A DNA stretch of 64,000 nucleotides from Escherichia coli (GTDB taxonomy: Bacteria > Pseudomonadota > Gammaproteobacteria > Enterobacterales > Enterobacteriaceae). The position numbers and the translations under genes were made by a program. Location: NCBI RefSeq assembly GCF_003018255.1, contig NZ_CP027440.1, one strand, 5' to 3'. Positions 1 to 8,630 of the stretch are shown here, in pieces. The notes beneath the pieces were generated by a model. It was not told the DNA's origin. It saw nothing but the letters and a program-made list of their open reading frames with translations, and did no database searches. Within the stretch, counting starts at the first letter, position 1, and every line of letters starts with the position of its first letter.

Positions 1-159
1 AACGCTGCGTCGAGCAGCTGGCGAACTGGCATAAAGAGCTGGAGGAGTATAAGAACGCCTCCCGGATTGATATTAAACCGTCACGGGAATATGCCAGCAC
101 AATCATGAACGCTATCTGGACTGGCGAGCCGAGTGTGATTTACGGCAACGTCCGTAACG
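1..159 (+). pseudogene. melA: melA alpha-galactosidase (GH4), upstream part of reading frame, interrupted by prophage insertion at ~159/160
   Basis: Frame 3 reads ...NAIWTGEPSVIYGNVRN then V-stop inside prophage end; same frame resumes at 39000 as NDGLIDNLPQG...DWLPGWLHR*. Confidence 0.7.
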
Positions 160-176
160 TATAGCGCGGCGATTTT

Positions 177-242
177 TTTGATACCGATTTGCATTTCATT
201 TGATACCGCTGAAAAACGCCGATACGCAACTTATTTGATACT
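177..242. repeat. Right-end transposase-binding site cluster (three TTTGATAC(C) repeats)
   Basis: tttgataccg at 177-186, ttgataccg at 199-207, tttgatact at 234-242; reverse complements occur at the other prophage end. Confidence 0.6.
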
Positions 243-287
243 AAATCGGCGCTTTTCTTTTGAGTTTTAGAATGAGTTTTTAAGCGC

Positions 288-1025
288 TCATTCACTCTCT
301 TTCAAACCAGTTTTAACTGTTTGTGGTTTTGGGTAAGGCTGGACTTTGAATAGCTTTGTGTTGAGGCGTTTTCTGGCCCTCTTGTTCAGAAACCGGATGT
401 AACGAAACTGTCGGAACTTATGCACACTGGCTCTGTCGATATTAGCCCTCAGATGTTCACCTCGTTGTCCGCCTCGTTTAATGGCACTCCTGCAAATCTC
501 GTGATACCACTCGCCATCAAGTTCATAGAATGTTGATTCATGGCTGCCTACATAATCAAAATTGCTTGCCTGATACACGACACCAAGACAGCCACAACGC
601 TCATCTGCAAACGACTGAACCCACTGTACCTGCGGATAAAGCTGCCTGATTAGCTTGAGCGCGTAACTGATTGCCCTTGATTCGGAGTTTCTCGGCATAC
701 AGTCATGCATCCATAGCCGGTTAAGCTCCATATATTCTCGGTTCTGCGTACCCGTTACGACGCGTGCACCACTGTTTGGGTTAAGGGCGTAACCCCATTG
801 CATTACGCCAACAAGTTCCCGTTCTGAAAATATACCCAGATGAAGGTAGGAATTATTTACGAAACGGTGGCTGTAATGTTTATTGACGATAACCAGTCTG
901 GCCAGCCAGCAACTTATTGTCTCAACCCGCAACTCACGGGAGCCATAACCAACGATATTGTCGTTATAGCGAATAAGTTCAGGCGTGCTGATGATACGGG
1001 ATGTGACTTGCTTTCTGTTCCCCAC
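288..1025 (-). CDS. mom: Mom-like DNA modification protein
   Basis: 245-aa ORF at the Mu right-end position, overlapping the 3' end of com as in Mu; assigned by position and resemblance to Mu Mom from memory. Confidence 0.8.
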   Translation of the reverse strand: MGNRKQVTSRIISTPELIRYNDNIVGYGSRELRVETISCWLARLVIVNKHYSHRFVNNSYLHLGIFSERELVGVMQWGYALNPNSGARVVTGTQNREYMELNRLWMHDCMPRNSESRAISYALKLIRQLYPQVQWVQSFADERCGCLGVVYQASNFDYVGSHESTFYELDGEWYHEICRSAIKRGGQRGEHLRANIDRASVHKFRQFRYIRFLNKRARKRLNTKLFKVQPYPKPQTVKTGLKESE

Positions 1026-1179
1026 GACAGGATTTCCTTGTGTATGTGGGGTGCTCTGTGGCGCTCGGAGATGTGATTTGATTGAGGGTTTTACAGCGCG
1101 GACATTTTACTTCCAGATAACTGAAACTGGCCCGTGCCAGTAGCTTATTGCAGTGTCGGCACCGTATGTTTCGATACAT
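979..1179 (-). CDS. com: Com zinc-finger translational activator of mom
   Basis: [14 protein letters not shown]...CPRCK matches Mu Com C4 zinc finger; ATG at 1179 preceded by AGGAGG; track start at 1224 is a TTG extension. Confidence 0.8.
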   Translation of the reverse strand: MYRNIRCRHCNKLLARASFSYLEVKCPRCKTLNQITSPSATEHPTYTRKSCRGEQKASHIPYHQHA

Positions 1180-1380
1180 GGCCGCATAACCTCCTGCTTT
1201 GTTGTTGATGCCTTTCTCATGCAATCGATCGACAAAAACGATCGATTCGATTTGTTTAATTGATACAACAAATAGATTTAAAAGTCATCAACAATGATTC
1301 AGGGCGGTGATTATTTACTTAAAGAAACGAAGAGTTAGGTGGTGAAAACGATCATAAAATGATCATTTTATTGACTTTTT
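1180..1380 (-). promoter_or_regulatory. com-mom upstream regulatory region with clustered Dam (GATC) sites
   Basis: GATC at 1227, 1240, 1350 and 1361; palindrome cGATCAtaaaaTGATCa at 1349-1365; Mu Pmom is known to be controlled by Dam methylation of upstream GATC sites. Confidence 0.5.
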
Positions 1381-1585
1381 ATACAGTGAAGGTAGGATCG
1401 CGCGTATATGTAGTATGTTTCAAATCAACAGGATACTACATAAAAGGGAAACCCAGCATAGCTGGAACTATGCTGGGTCAATCTGTAAAAACTTGCATCA
1501 ATGCTTTACTTCGAGCTCGTGGCGTATCCTATGATATTCCCCGGTCTCCTGTAAAGCAGAGATGCATAAAAAGGAGATCTTTATC

Positions 1586-1756
1586 ATGGATAAAGAGCCT
1601 GTTTGCCCTGCCTGTAAGACTCCCTTACAGCTCATCTATCGCCGTTCTCGATCTCAAAATGGCAAGACATACAAACCAAAAAATGCTTCCTGTTTCAGGA
1701 TGCTGATATGTCCTGCCTGTTCTCCCCGGAGGGAAAATACACAAAACGTGCATTAA
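1586..1756 (+). CDS. Small zinc-ribbon protein (CPxC...CPxC), hypothetical
   Basis: 56-aa ORF MDKEPVCPACKTPL...LICPACS with AAGGAG Shine-Dalgarno 8 nt upstream of ATG; opposite strand to the late operon. Confidence 0.5.
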   Translation: MDKEPVCPACKTPLQLIYRRSRSQNGKTYKPKNASCFRMLICPACSPRRENTQNVH

Positions 1757-1794
1757 CAAATTCACCCGGCAGGGAAACCTGCCGGTCGGTATTG

Positions 1795-2040
1795 TTACAT
1801 CATAGTACCGTCAGTTCCGGGTTGAACCGGCTCTGGTTGCTCTACGGGTTGAGGCTCATTTTCCGTGCTGTTTTCAGCCGGAGAACGACCAACCATTCGG
1901 GCCAGCACTTCATCAACATATGCGTCGATTTGTGCCTCAAAATCCTTGCGAACCTGCGCCTTCAGCACGCGGTTCACTTCTTCAGAATAAAGTGCCTGTT
2001 TGACAAGCTCTTCAGTAACCGTGCCTTTAATCTCTGGCAT
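1795..2040 (-). CDS. Hypothetical acidic protein (81 aa), cargo
   Basis: ORF MPEIKGTVTEELVKQ... with Pro/Glu-rich C-terminus; downstream of esterase and small membrane gene on the same strand. Confidence 0.45.
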   Translation of the reverse strand: MPEIKGTVTEELVKQALYSEEVNRVLKAQVRKDFEAQIDAYVDEVLARMVGRSPAENSTENEPQPVEQPEPVQPGTDGTMM

Positions 2041-2075
2041 GAATATTCTCCTTTCCTTTTCTGGTTCACAAAAAA

Positions 2076-2255
2076 TTAAATCTGACCGGAGTCTTTCGGC
2101 TGCGGCATTACAGCACCGCTTTTTATCTTTTCCTCGGCAGCTGCATCAATTTTATTTCGAAAATAATTGCGAATAATTTTATAACCACCGCTGACAAGCA
2201 ACAGACAACAAACCACCGTGCAGAAATACAGCAGGCAGACGTTTATATATGTCAT
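2076..2255 (-). CDS. Small membrane protein (59 aa), hypothetical
   Basis: Hand translation MTYINVCLLYFCTVVCCLLLVSGGYKIIRNYFRNK...; N-terminal hydrophobic helix, GAGG SD upstream; below the 60-aa cutoff of the ORF track. Confidence 0.45.
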   Translation of the reverse strand: MTYINVCLLYFCTVVCCLLLVSGGYKIIRNYFRNKIDAAAEEKIKSGAVMPQPKDSGQI

Positions 2256-2312
2256 ATAAGCCTCACTCTTATTAACTGATGTTACAGCCGGATAAATTCC
2301 CGGCCGTCACGA

Positions 2313-4361
2313 TTATGCCGCAGGGGTATTAACCTCAAGGACAACGCTCTCAAAAGACACGCCATAAGTTGCCCCTTTGGTGACATCTGTCAGTGTCAGC
2401 GTATCTTTGGCAGGGGAAAGTGCATCTTTCACCATCTGGAATGCCTGGCCCGGAGTGCCATCCAGCACAGGCGTTACCTGGGCACTTCCCGCCGTAAACT
2501 TCAGGACAAGTGTATGCCACTGGTTATTGTAGGCTCCAAATGATCCCAGTTTCGTATTCCCCCCTGTTTTATGGTGCATCAGATTTAACTGGCCGCCTGT
2601 TGTCTGGAGATAATACGCCATCAGGAACGGTGTGCCTGTACCACTCATGGTTACACCTTCCGGGACCGTATCGGTGTGGAGGTAAATACCCAGAGCAAAC
2701 TGGCCTTCTTTTACTTCACCTGACAGACGGAATTTACAGGTCAACTGACCACCATGCTTCAGAAGTTCACCGGCTGCATCAGTTCCATGGGTAAGCGTCC
2801 AGGTTTTTCCGCTTTGTTTGGATACGGTCAACGCTTTACCTTCGTCCGTCAGCTGGATTGTACCATCTGTAATTTTCCAGCCCTGAGCCGGGGCTTCTCC
2901 TGCTGATGCTTTAAGTGAAAGCAGCGTACGGAGTGACGGGGATGTCGGATGGGGGGACTCACTGCCTCCTGGCTGACTACCTGTCGGCGCTTCCGGTTTC
3001 CCACCCGGCGCGGGCTGAGGCAGGGCTTCACCATCAGGGGCCACACCGGCAATAAATGCAGAGGTCAGACCTGCATATTTAAGAATTGCTGATGCAAAAC
3101 GATCTGAGACCAGAAAACGGCGCGCCCAGGAGCTAAAATGGGTTGCCCTGGATGCTGTTGTCCAGTTGCCATCTCCCCGTGATTCCGCACCATAATACCC
3201 GGCAGAAGCGATATCCGGGTCGTGCTCCGGCAGGTTGGTCGCGGTTTTATTACCGAACTCATCGTGCATCAGTGGAACAAAGTGAATGTTCTCGGAAGCC
3301 CGGTTTTTATATCCGCTATAAATGGTTTCATATGCCGCCGGGTTCTTCTCTTTCCAGTCATAGGTTGTGTCACCACATAACCACGGCACACTGTCTGATG
3401 AACCACCAATACACTGACCGGAGAAAGCACCAAGATCCGCACGGAATTTTTTCACCATCGCAGTAAACTGGGCACCATGCTGGGCCGGGGTCGCTTTAAG
3501 GTCTCCTTCCCCCTGAATCCATACGACAGATAACAGCACATTCTTTGGATTCGCCTCAAGTGCCGCTTTAGTTCGACTGACAAGATCCTGATACAGTGGG
3601 GTATCCACTCCCCAGCGTAGTGACGCCTCGGCTGCACCACTTGCCGGATCGAATGAGCCAACTGCGCCGGTTGTAAAAGCAGAGCCGCCACGGGCACAGG
3701 GAACCAGTAAAATCCCGGCATCAGCAGGAATCACCGGTAATACTTTTTTCGCAATATGAAGTCCCTGCCCCACACAACCATACTGCCCTTTTTTCAGGTC
3801 TGCTTTTGGATGGTTCAGCAGACTCATATTCTGAACATCATGAAGGCAGTGATCTGCTGGAATGATTTCATTGTATTTGCAGGGAATACCTCCGGGGGTT
3901 TGTGTATTCCTGCGTGCCAGCTGCATAATACGTGGATCAGGACGATCATAAGAATCCGGAAGGGGCAACCCTTCACCATAAGATGAAGCATTGGACTGGC
4001 CGGCTATAACAATCACGTAATACCAGGAAGGGGAGCTGGAAGCAGTTTCATTTCCTGACGGACGGGTATGTGTTTCAGCATTATCCCAGTCTGACGGTTC
4101 AGCAGTACCGGCAACATCAGCACTTAACGGAATGACCGCACCAATACCCGCTCCGGTAATTTCCACACTCGGATCACCGGATACTGGCCTTACCCACAGG
4201 CAATCCCGTGTATTAAAACTGATGAGACAGTCAGCAAATGTCATTCCTCCTTTTGTTTCGGCCGGAGGAAAGGGAGCCTCAAGAAATGCCGCTGTACCAC
4301 CGGAAACTTTAACAGTAAAGTTTCCGGGCATTGATGATAGTTGAACCCATTTGGACGTCAT
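2313..4361 (-). CDS. SGNH/SASA-family esterase (sialate O-acetylesterase-like) with Pro-rich linker and C-terminal beta-sandwich lectin-like domain; NanS-p-like
   Basis: 682 aa; GQSN nucleophile motif (VIAGQSNASSYG), WIQGEGD block, PQPAPGGKPEAPTGSQPGG linker, Gly/Thr-rich C-terminal domain. Confidence 0.55.
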   Translation of the reverse strand: MTSKWVQLSSMPGNFTVKVSGGTAAFLEAPFPPAETKGGMTFADCLISFNTRDCLWVRPVSGDPSVEITGAGIGAVIPLSADVAGTAEPSDWDNAETHTRPSGNETASSSPSWYYVIVIAGQSNASSYGEGLPLPDSYDRPDPRIMQLARRNTQTPGGIPCKYNEIIPADHCLHDVQNMSLLNHPKADLKKGQYGCVGQGLHIAKKVLPVIPADAGILLVPCARGGSAFTTGAVGSFDPASGAAEASLRWGVDTPLYQDLVSRTKAALEANPKNVLLSVVWIQGEGDLKATPAQHGAQFTAMVKKFRADLGAFSGQCIGGSSDSVPWLCGDTTYDWKEKNPAAYETIYSGYKNRASENIHFVPLMHDEFGNKTATNLPEHDPDIASAGYYGAESRGDGNWTTASRATHFSSWARRFLVSDRFASAILKYAGLTSAFIAGVAPDGEALPQPAPGGKPEAPTGSQPGGSESPHPTSPSLRTLLSLKASAGEAPAQGWKITDGTIQLTDEGKALTVSKQSGKTWTLTHGTDAAGELLKHGGQLTCKFRLSGEVKEGQFALGIYLHTDTVPEGVTMSGTGTPFLMAYYLQTTGGQLNLMHHKTGGNTKLGSFGAYNNQWHTLVLKFTAGSAQVTPVLDGTPGQAFQMVKDALSPAKDTLTLTDVTKGATYGVSFESVVLEVNTPAA

Positions 4362-4460
4362 AATAATCAGCCTGTTCCTGAATAAACTGAATTATCATAT
4401 CCACAGACCGATAAACGCCATTTTGCGTTAATTCAGTAAAGGCCCAACAAAGAGAGCGTC

Positions 4461-5021
4461 TTATTTTTCCGAAACGCTCGCAGGATAATAACGATAAAGG
4501 GTTGAAAGACCGATATCAAAAATAAGTGCCACCTGTCTTCGACTGACACCCCCGGCCAGTAAACGCCCGACCTGCTCGTATTGTTCCTGCGTGAGACGGC
4601 GGGGTCTGCCGCCGGTTCGTCCCCTTTCACGGGCAGCTGCAAGACCAGCCCGTGTCCGTTCGACAATTAATTCACGCTCCATTTCTGCCAGCGCACCCAT
4701 TATGTGAAAAAAGAAACGCCCCATGGGGGTTGACGTATCAATGTTGTCAGTAAGACTACGAAAATTTATCCCCTGTTGCTGTAATTCATCTGTCAGCGCA
4801 ACAAGGTGGCGCATACTGCGCCCCAGCCTGTCCAGTTTCCAGACCATCAGTGTGTCACCGGGTTTTAGTTTCTTCAGTGCCCGCTTCAGTCCCGGCCGCT
4901 GTGTCGTTTTACCACTCATTTTGTCTTCAAAAATCTGCTCACATCCTGCACATTCCAGCGCATTTCTTTGTAAACCGGTGTTCTGGTCATTTGTTGATAC
5001 GCGTATATAGCCAATCAGCAT
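4461..5021 (-). CDS. gin: Gin/Hin/Pin-family serine DNA invertase
   Basis: MLIGYIRVSTNDQNTGLQRNAL...GRFFFHIMGALAEMEREL closely matches Mu Gin. Confidence 0.95.
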   Translation of the reverse strand: MLIGYIRVSTNDQNTGLQRNALECAGCEQIFEDKMSGKTTQRPGLKRALKKLKPGDTLMVWKLDRLGRSMRHLVALTDELQQQGINFRSLTDNIDTSTPMGRFFFHIMGALAEMERELIVERTRAGLAAARERGRTGGRPRRLTQEQYEQVGRLLAGGVSRRQVALIFDIGLSTLYRYYPASVSEK

Positions 5022-5075
5022 GTATTTACCTTCCTTAAAAAGAGGTGAAAATGCCTTTTAAAACAGATATACGGT

Positions 5076-5101
5076 ATCCCTGAAAACCTCGGTTTACGGG
5101 A
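5076..5101. other. gix-like recombination site (gin-proximal)
   Basis: tccctgaaaacc-tc-ggtttacgggaa resembles Mu gix (TTATCCAAAACCTCGGTTTACAGGAA); 28-bp perfect inverted match with 6437-6464. Confidence 0.7.
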
Positions 5102-5471
5102 AACGGTAAATAAGGCTGCTGATGCCCTGCCATCGGGTGGAACCGCCGTGGCAGCAAACAGACTCGCCACCCCAAGAAATATTAATGGCGTTCCTTTTGA
5201 CGGAACGCAGGATATCAACATCACGTCAGGAATGACGCAGTCAACCGCAGATGGCCGGTATGTACAGAATGTTCAGCTTGGAGCACAGAGCTATCATTCA
5301 CCCGGAGGCAATGAAATATCATGGAATTACAGCGCACCTTCCGGTTGTATGCTTTCCGGTATTAACGTGCAGGAAACCGGCTCCCGGTCTGCGGACAATA
5401 TCGGTGGGGTCTATTATCGCCCGGTTCAGATTTATATTAATAATGCCTGGAGAACGGTAAGTTCAGTGTAA
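5091..5471 (+). CDS. Alternative tail-fibre C-terminal segment (Sv'), promoterless, expressed only after inversion
   Basis: Plus-strand frame GLRETVNKAADALPSGGTAVAANRLATPRNINGVPFDGTQDINITSGMTQS... parallels the C-terminus of the tail fibre on the minus strand. Confidence 0.65.
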   Translation, partial: GLRETVNKAADALPSGGTAVAANRLATPRNINGVPFDGTQDINITSGMTQSTADGRYVQNVQLGAQSYHSPGGNEISWNYSAPSGCMLSGINVQETGSRSADNIGGVYYRPVQIYINNAWRTVSSV

Positions 5472-5505
5472 ACCACAGAAAAGGGTGCTGAATGCACCCT
5501 CTGAA

Positions 5506-6138
5506 TTATTCCGGTTTTTCCGGCCAGGGAATCGCCTGGTAATGCCCCTCACTGGCAATATCATTAAAGTGCATTTCTTTAAGCTGTCGGATATACGCCA
5601 TCCAGCGCGTCAGCTGTAATTTATTTTCATCGCTAATCATGTCCAGTTTTAATTCTGTTTTCCAGTCATCCACGGTTTCGTTGGCTTCCTGGAGCAGCGA
5701 TGAGCGACGCTTTTCAGCAACCGTCTTCCAGTTTACCGGCACCTTTGATATCAGGCCATCAGAAAACTGCCAGTTACCGTCAATATTCACACCTTCCGGC
5801 AGTTCGTCCACTTCAACAACAGTAAAACCTGCCGGATATAAAGCAGAGACATCTTCAGCAACAGAGCAGATAATACCCGTTACAGGCGAAATACAGAGTT
5901 TGTATTTCTTTGTGAAAAGCGGGATAGATTCATAAAAATCCCTTCCGTCCTCACTCTGGAAATACTGAACATCCTCACCATAGGGTTTGTGTTCCGGGTA
6001 ATATCGTTTTACGTTAATAAGCTCCATTATTTCACCTTGTTTTTGTTGAAAAGACAAAATCATCATATATTTATTCAGATAATCTGTTTTTTGAACTACT
6101 GCACTTTTATGCGCTGGAAGCTGTTTTCCACGAACCAT
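5506..6138 (-). CDS. Tail fibre assembly chaperone (U/Tfa-like)
   Basis: 210-aa ORF immediately downstream of the tail-fibre variable part, inside the invertible segment. Confidence 0.7.
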   Translation of the reverse strand: MVRGKQLPAHKSAVVQKTDYLNKYMMILSFQQKQGEIMELINVKRYYPEHKPYGEDVQYFQSEDGRDFYESIPLFTKKYKLCISPVTGIICSVAEDVSALYPAGFTVVEVDELPEGVNIDGNWQFSDGLISKVPVNWKTVAEKRRSSLLQEANETVDDWKTELKLDMISDENKLQLTRWMAYIRQLKEMHFNDIASEGHYQAIPWPEKPE

Positions 6139-6994
6139 CTATCAGAAACTGAACAGGTCGATAATATGCGGTTACCGTTGCATTACCATCACCAGCGACA
6201 TCAAGCCCTGTAAGTACGCATCCGTCAGGAACTTCAAAAATATTATATTGCATTCCAATCGTTGACCTTGAACCTCTTCGAATGCTTTGAACATAACGTG
6301 AGTCAGCCACAGACTGCGTCATCCCCGATGTAATATTTATATCCTGCGTTCCGTCAAATGGGACACCATTAATATTTCTTGGAGTGGCGAGTTTATTCGC
6401 TGCAACAGCCGTTCCGTTCGATGGCAGGGCATTCGCCGCCTTATTTACCGTTTCCCGTAAACCGACGTTATCGATAAAAGCGCCTTTATCCGGAATGTCT
6501 GCGCCGTTCTGCTCCCTGCGCAGGTAACGGTTATCACCTTCGCTTTTGCTGTAAACATCCAGATTATTACGGGCGGTTCCCGCATTCTCCAGGTCGGCAA
6601 GGTTCTGATCCTTCGCCAGAGCATTAACGTCACCGGGACCAAGACTGTTTTTTGTGGCAAGCGCCCCAAGACCAAGATAACCACGGGCAAGACGCTGGGC
6701 TTCCGCACCGGCATCAGCAATTTCTTTCAGGTTGTTTTTCCGGGAAAAGGCATTCGCAGCGATAATGGCTTTAATGGACAGCGTAAGCTGGTTTAACTGC
6801 GCCTTATCCGGCTGAATACTGGCTTCAGCCAGAATATTCAGCAGTTCGGCCTGGAGAATATTCAGCCAGTCCTGACCAATCCAGCTGATACCTTTTTGTC
6901 CGTCACCTTCGGTAAACCAGGTGGTGGTATTACTCTGCGCCGGTGCCAGCGCAGGCATATTCGCCACGCCGGAATTATTATCAACATGAAACAT
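6107..6994 (-). CDS. Tail fibre protein S (constant N-terminal part plus invertible C-terminal part)
   Basis: 295 aa; C-terminal ~115 aa lie within the invertible segment; crossover falls at IDNVGLRETVNK. Confidence 0.75.
   Translation of the reverse strand: MFHVDNNSGVANMPALAPAQSNTTTWFTEGDGQKGISWIGQDWLNILQAELLNILAEASIQPDKAQLNQLTLSIKAIIAANAFSRKNNLKEIADAGAEAQRLARGYLGLGALATKNSLGPGDVNALAKDQNLADLENAGTARNNLDVYSKSEGDNRYLRREQNGADIPDKGAFIDNVGLRETVNKAANALPSNGTAVAANKLATPRNINGVPFDGTQDINITSGMTQSVADSRYVQSIRRGSRSTIGMQYNIFEVPDGCVLTGLDVAGDGNATVTAYYRPVQFLIDGSWKTASSA
6451..6475. other. gix-like recombination site (inside tail fibre gene)
   Basis: ttcccgtaaacc-ga-cgttatcgata; inverted partner of 5076-5101. Confidence 0.7.
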
Positions 6995-7554
6995 TAAATA
7001 GTCTCCTCTTCATGGCTGTTTGCATACACGTAAATAAACGTCTGCCATGCAGGCTTATAACGGTTCAGAATACATTCCAGCGCACCGCCTTCATAAATAC
7101 GCAGCGGCGTGAGAATATCATCCAGCACATTCATATTCCGGTAGCCGGTTTCACTGTTAATCGTGACAATACTGACCCACTGTGAATCCGGTGATGGCTG
7201 AATATCTATTTCATAACCAAACTCTGCCGCAAACCGGATATAAAATTCACGGTTAAGAGAGGGTTTCATCCGGTATTTATTCCCGGCATAACGCTGACGC
7301 TCCTGAATGGTTGCGCCGGTCATATCACATTCCGGTAACCCCAGATAACGCTCCCAGTCTTCCAGCAGCAGACGGGATGAATCAGGAAAACGTTCTGCCA
7401 GCATCTGGTTACCGGTCCAGGAAACACGCTCCGTGGAATGACTGAGGCCCAGGCACAAAGCCGCAAGAACGGATGACGGCCGCTTATCCCATGCCAGCCC
7501 GTCAGGCAGCAACTGCAACAGGGCACGCTGATGCGGGGTCAGGGTTACAGCCAT
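6994..7554 (-). CDS. Tail/baseplate protein (Mu gp48-like)
   Basis: Position between baseplate J-like gene and tail fibre. Confidence 0.6.
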   Translation of the reverse strand: MAVTLTPHQRALLQLLPDGLAWDKRPSSVLAALCLGLSHSTERVSWTGNQMLAERFPDSSRLLLEDWERYLGLPECDMTGATIQERQRYAGNKYRMKPSLNREFYIRFAAEFGYEIDIQPSPDSQWVSIVTINSETGYRNMNVLDDILTPLRIYEGGALECILNRYKPAWQTFIYVYANSHEEETI

Positions 7555-8630
7555 GTGATTTCCCCCACGGTCAGCAACTCTGTATCTCCGGCCATCACGG
7601 ACTTCAGCGGGCTGCGAACTTCAAAATCCTCCAGTCCTTTCACCCCTGCAACAGCCCGCCAGAATGATGAAGGCAATACAAGTCCACCCGGCCGCGATTC
7701 GTTATAAAGCAGGTCCGTTAATGCCTGTTTTACGGCAGCCTGATTTTCCGGCGTTTTGGGTACAATCCTGATCTCAAACGCCACCGGCTTATTGGTCAGC
7801 TTAAACACGCTGATTGTCGGCCCAAGTGGCTGACCAACGGGCTGGCCCGTCGCCGGATCATCATGACTGCGGATATAATCCGCCACCCGCTTCACATCAC
7901 CTTCTCCGGGGAAAATGTCAGGGTTATTATCCTGAACAAAAGTCACACCAACACTACCCGCCTCAGGCCATTCAGGCTTACACCATGCCCGCGTCACGCC
8001 CGGTACTTCCCGTGCCCAGCGTTCAAAATCATACTGTGTTCCCCCTGATGGCGGGTTCTGTACCCGGAATACCAGCCTGGACAGCAACTCCGGCACCGTT
8101 TCCACATCCGCACCACCGGTGAGTCCCGTGCCGGTGACCGTGGCTGTCTGGTTGATGCCCGCCTGTGGCGTGATAAAGGACAGGCGGGTTCCGGTCGGGG
8201 TATTTCCAGCGCGCCCCGCACTTTCCGCCTCCACATTAACATTCAGTGTTCCGGCTTTTCCGGTCGCAGAGCCGGTGATGCGGTACACAACACCATCGCT
8301 TCGCTGAAGGAGTACGCCTTCCGTGATCCCTGCATCCGTGGTCAGCATCAGTTGTACCGGTCCGTCAGCGCGGGAAGCCGGTTTACGGATGACACCCCAG
8401 AATGCGCAGTGTTTCAGGAGTTCGGCTTCATCAGCTTCTGTCGGAATTATCTGCCGGGAGATCCAGGCCAGATGTTCATGCTCCTGTGCTGACAGACCCG
8501 CCAGTGCATACGCAATGGCATTCAGGGTGGTTTCATTCACGCCCGGCTGCGAACCGGGCAGGCGCTGGCTGATATCCTGTTGTGTCTGTGTGATCAGTTG
8601 CGCCAGTGGTAAGGGCTGATAAGGCATCAT
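7545..8630 (-). CDS. Baseplate J-like protein (Mu gp47-like)
   Basis: 361 aa, position and size. Confidence 0.7.
   Translation of the reverse strand: MMPYQPLPLAQLITQTQQDISQRLPGSQPGVNETTLNAIAYALAGLSAQEHEHLAWISRQIIPTEADEAELLKHCAFWGVIRKPASRADGPVQLMLTTDAGITEGVLLQRSDGVVYRITGSATGKAGTLNVNVEAESAGRAGNTPTGTRLSFITPQAGINQTATVTGTGLTGGADVETVPELLSRLVFRVQNPPSGGTQYDFERWAREVPGVTRAWCKPEWPEAGSVGVTFVQDNNPDIFPGEGDVKRVADYIRSHDDPATGQPVGQPLGPTISVFKLTNKPVAFEIRIVPKTPENQAAVKQALTDLLYNESRPGGLVLPSSFWRAVAGVKGLEDFEVRSPLKSVMAGDTELLTVGEITWL

Larger units (their letters stand above)
5089..6464. other. Invertible tail-fibre host-range segment (G-segment-like, ~1.4 kb)
   Basis: Bounded by inverted gix-like sites; contains Sv (minus), tfa (minus) and alternative Sv' (plus) in frame with the constant part after inversion. 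Confidence 0.7.

Noticed and set aside
1359-1706. 115-aa plus-strand ORF spanning the com-mom upstream region
   Set aside because: No convincing RBS, overlaps the GATC regulatory cluster and the better-supported zinc-ribbon ORF; likely non-coding
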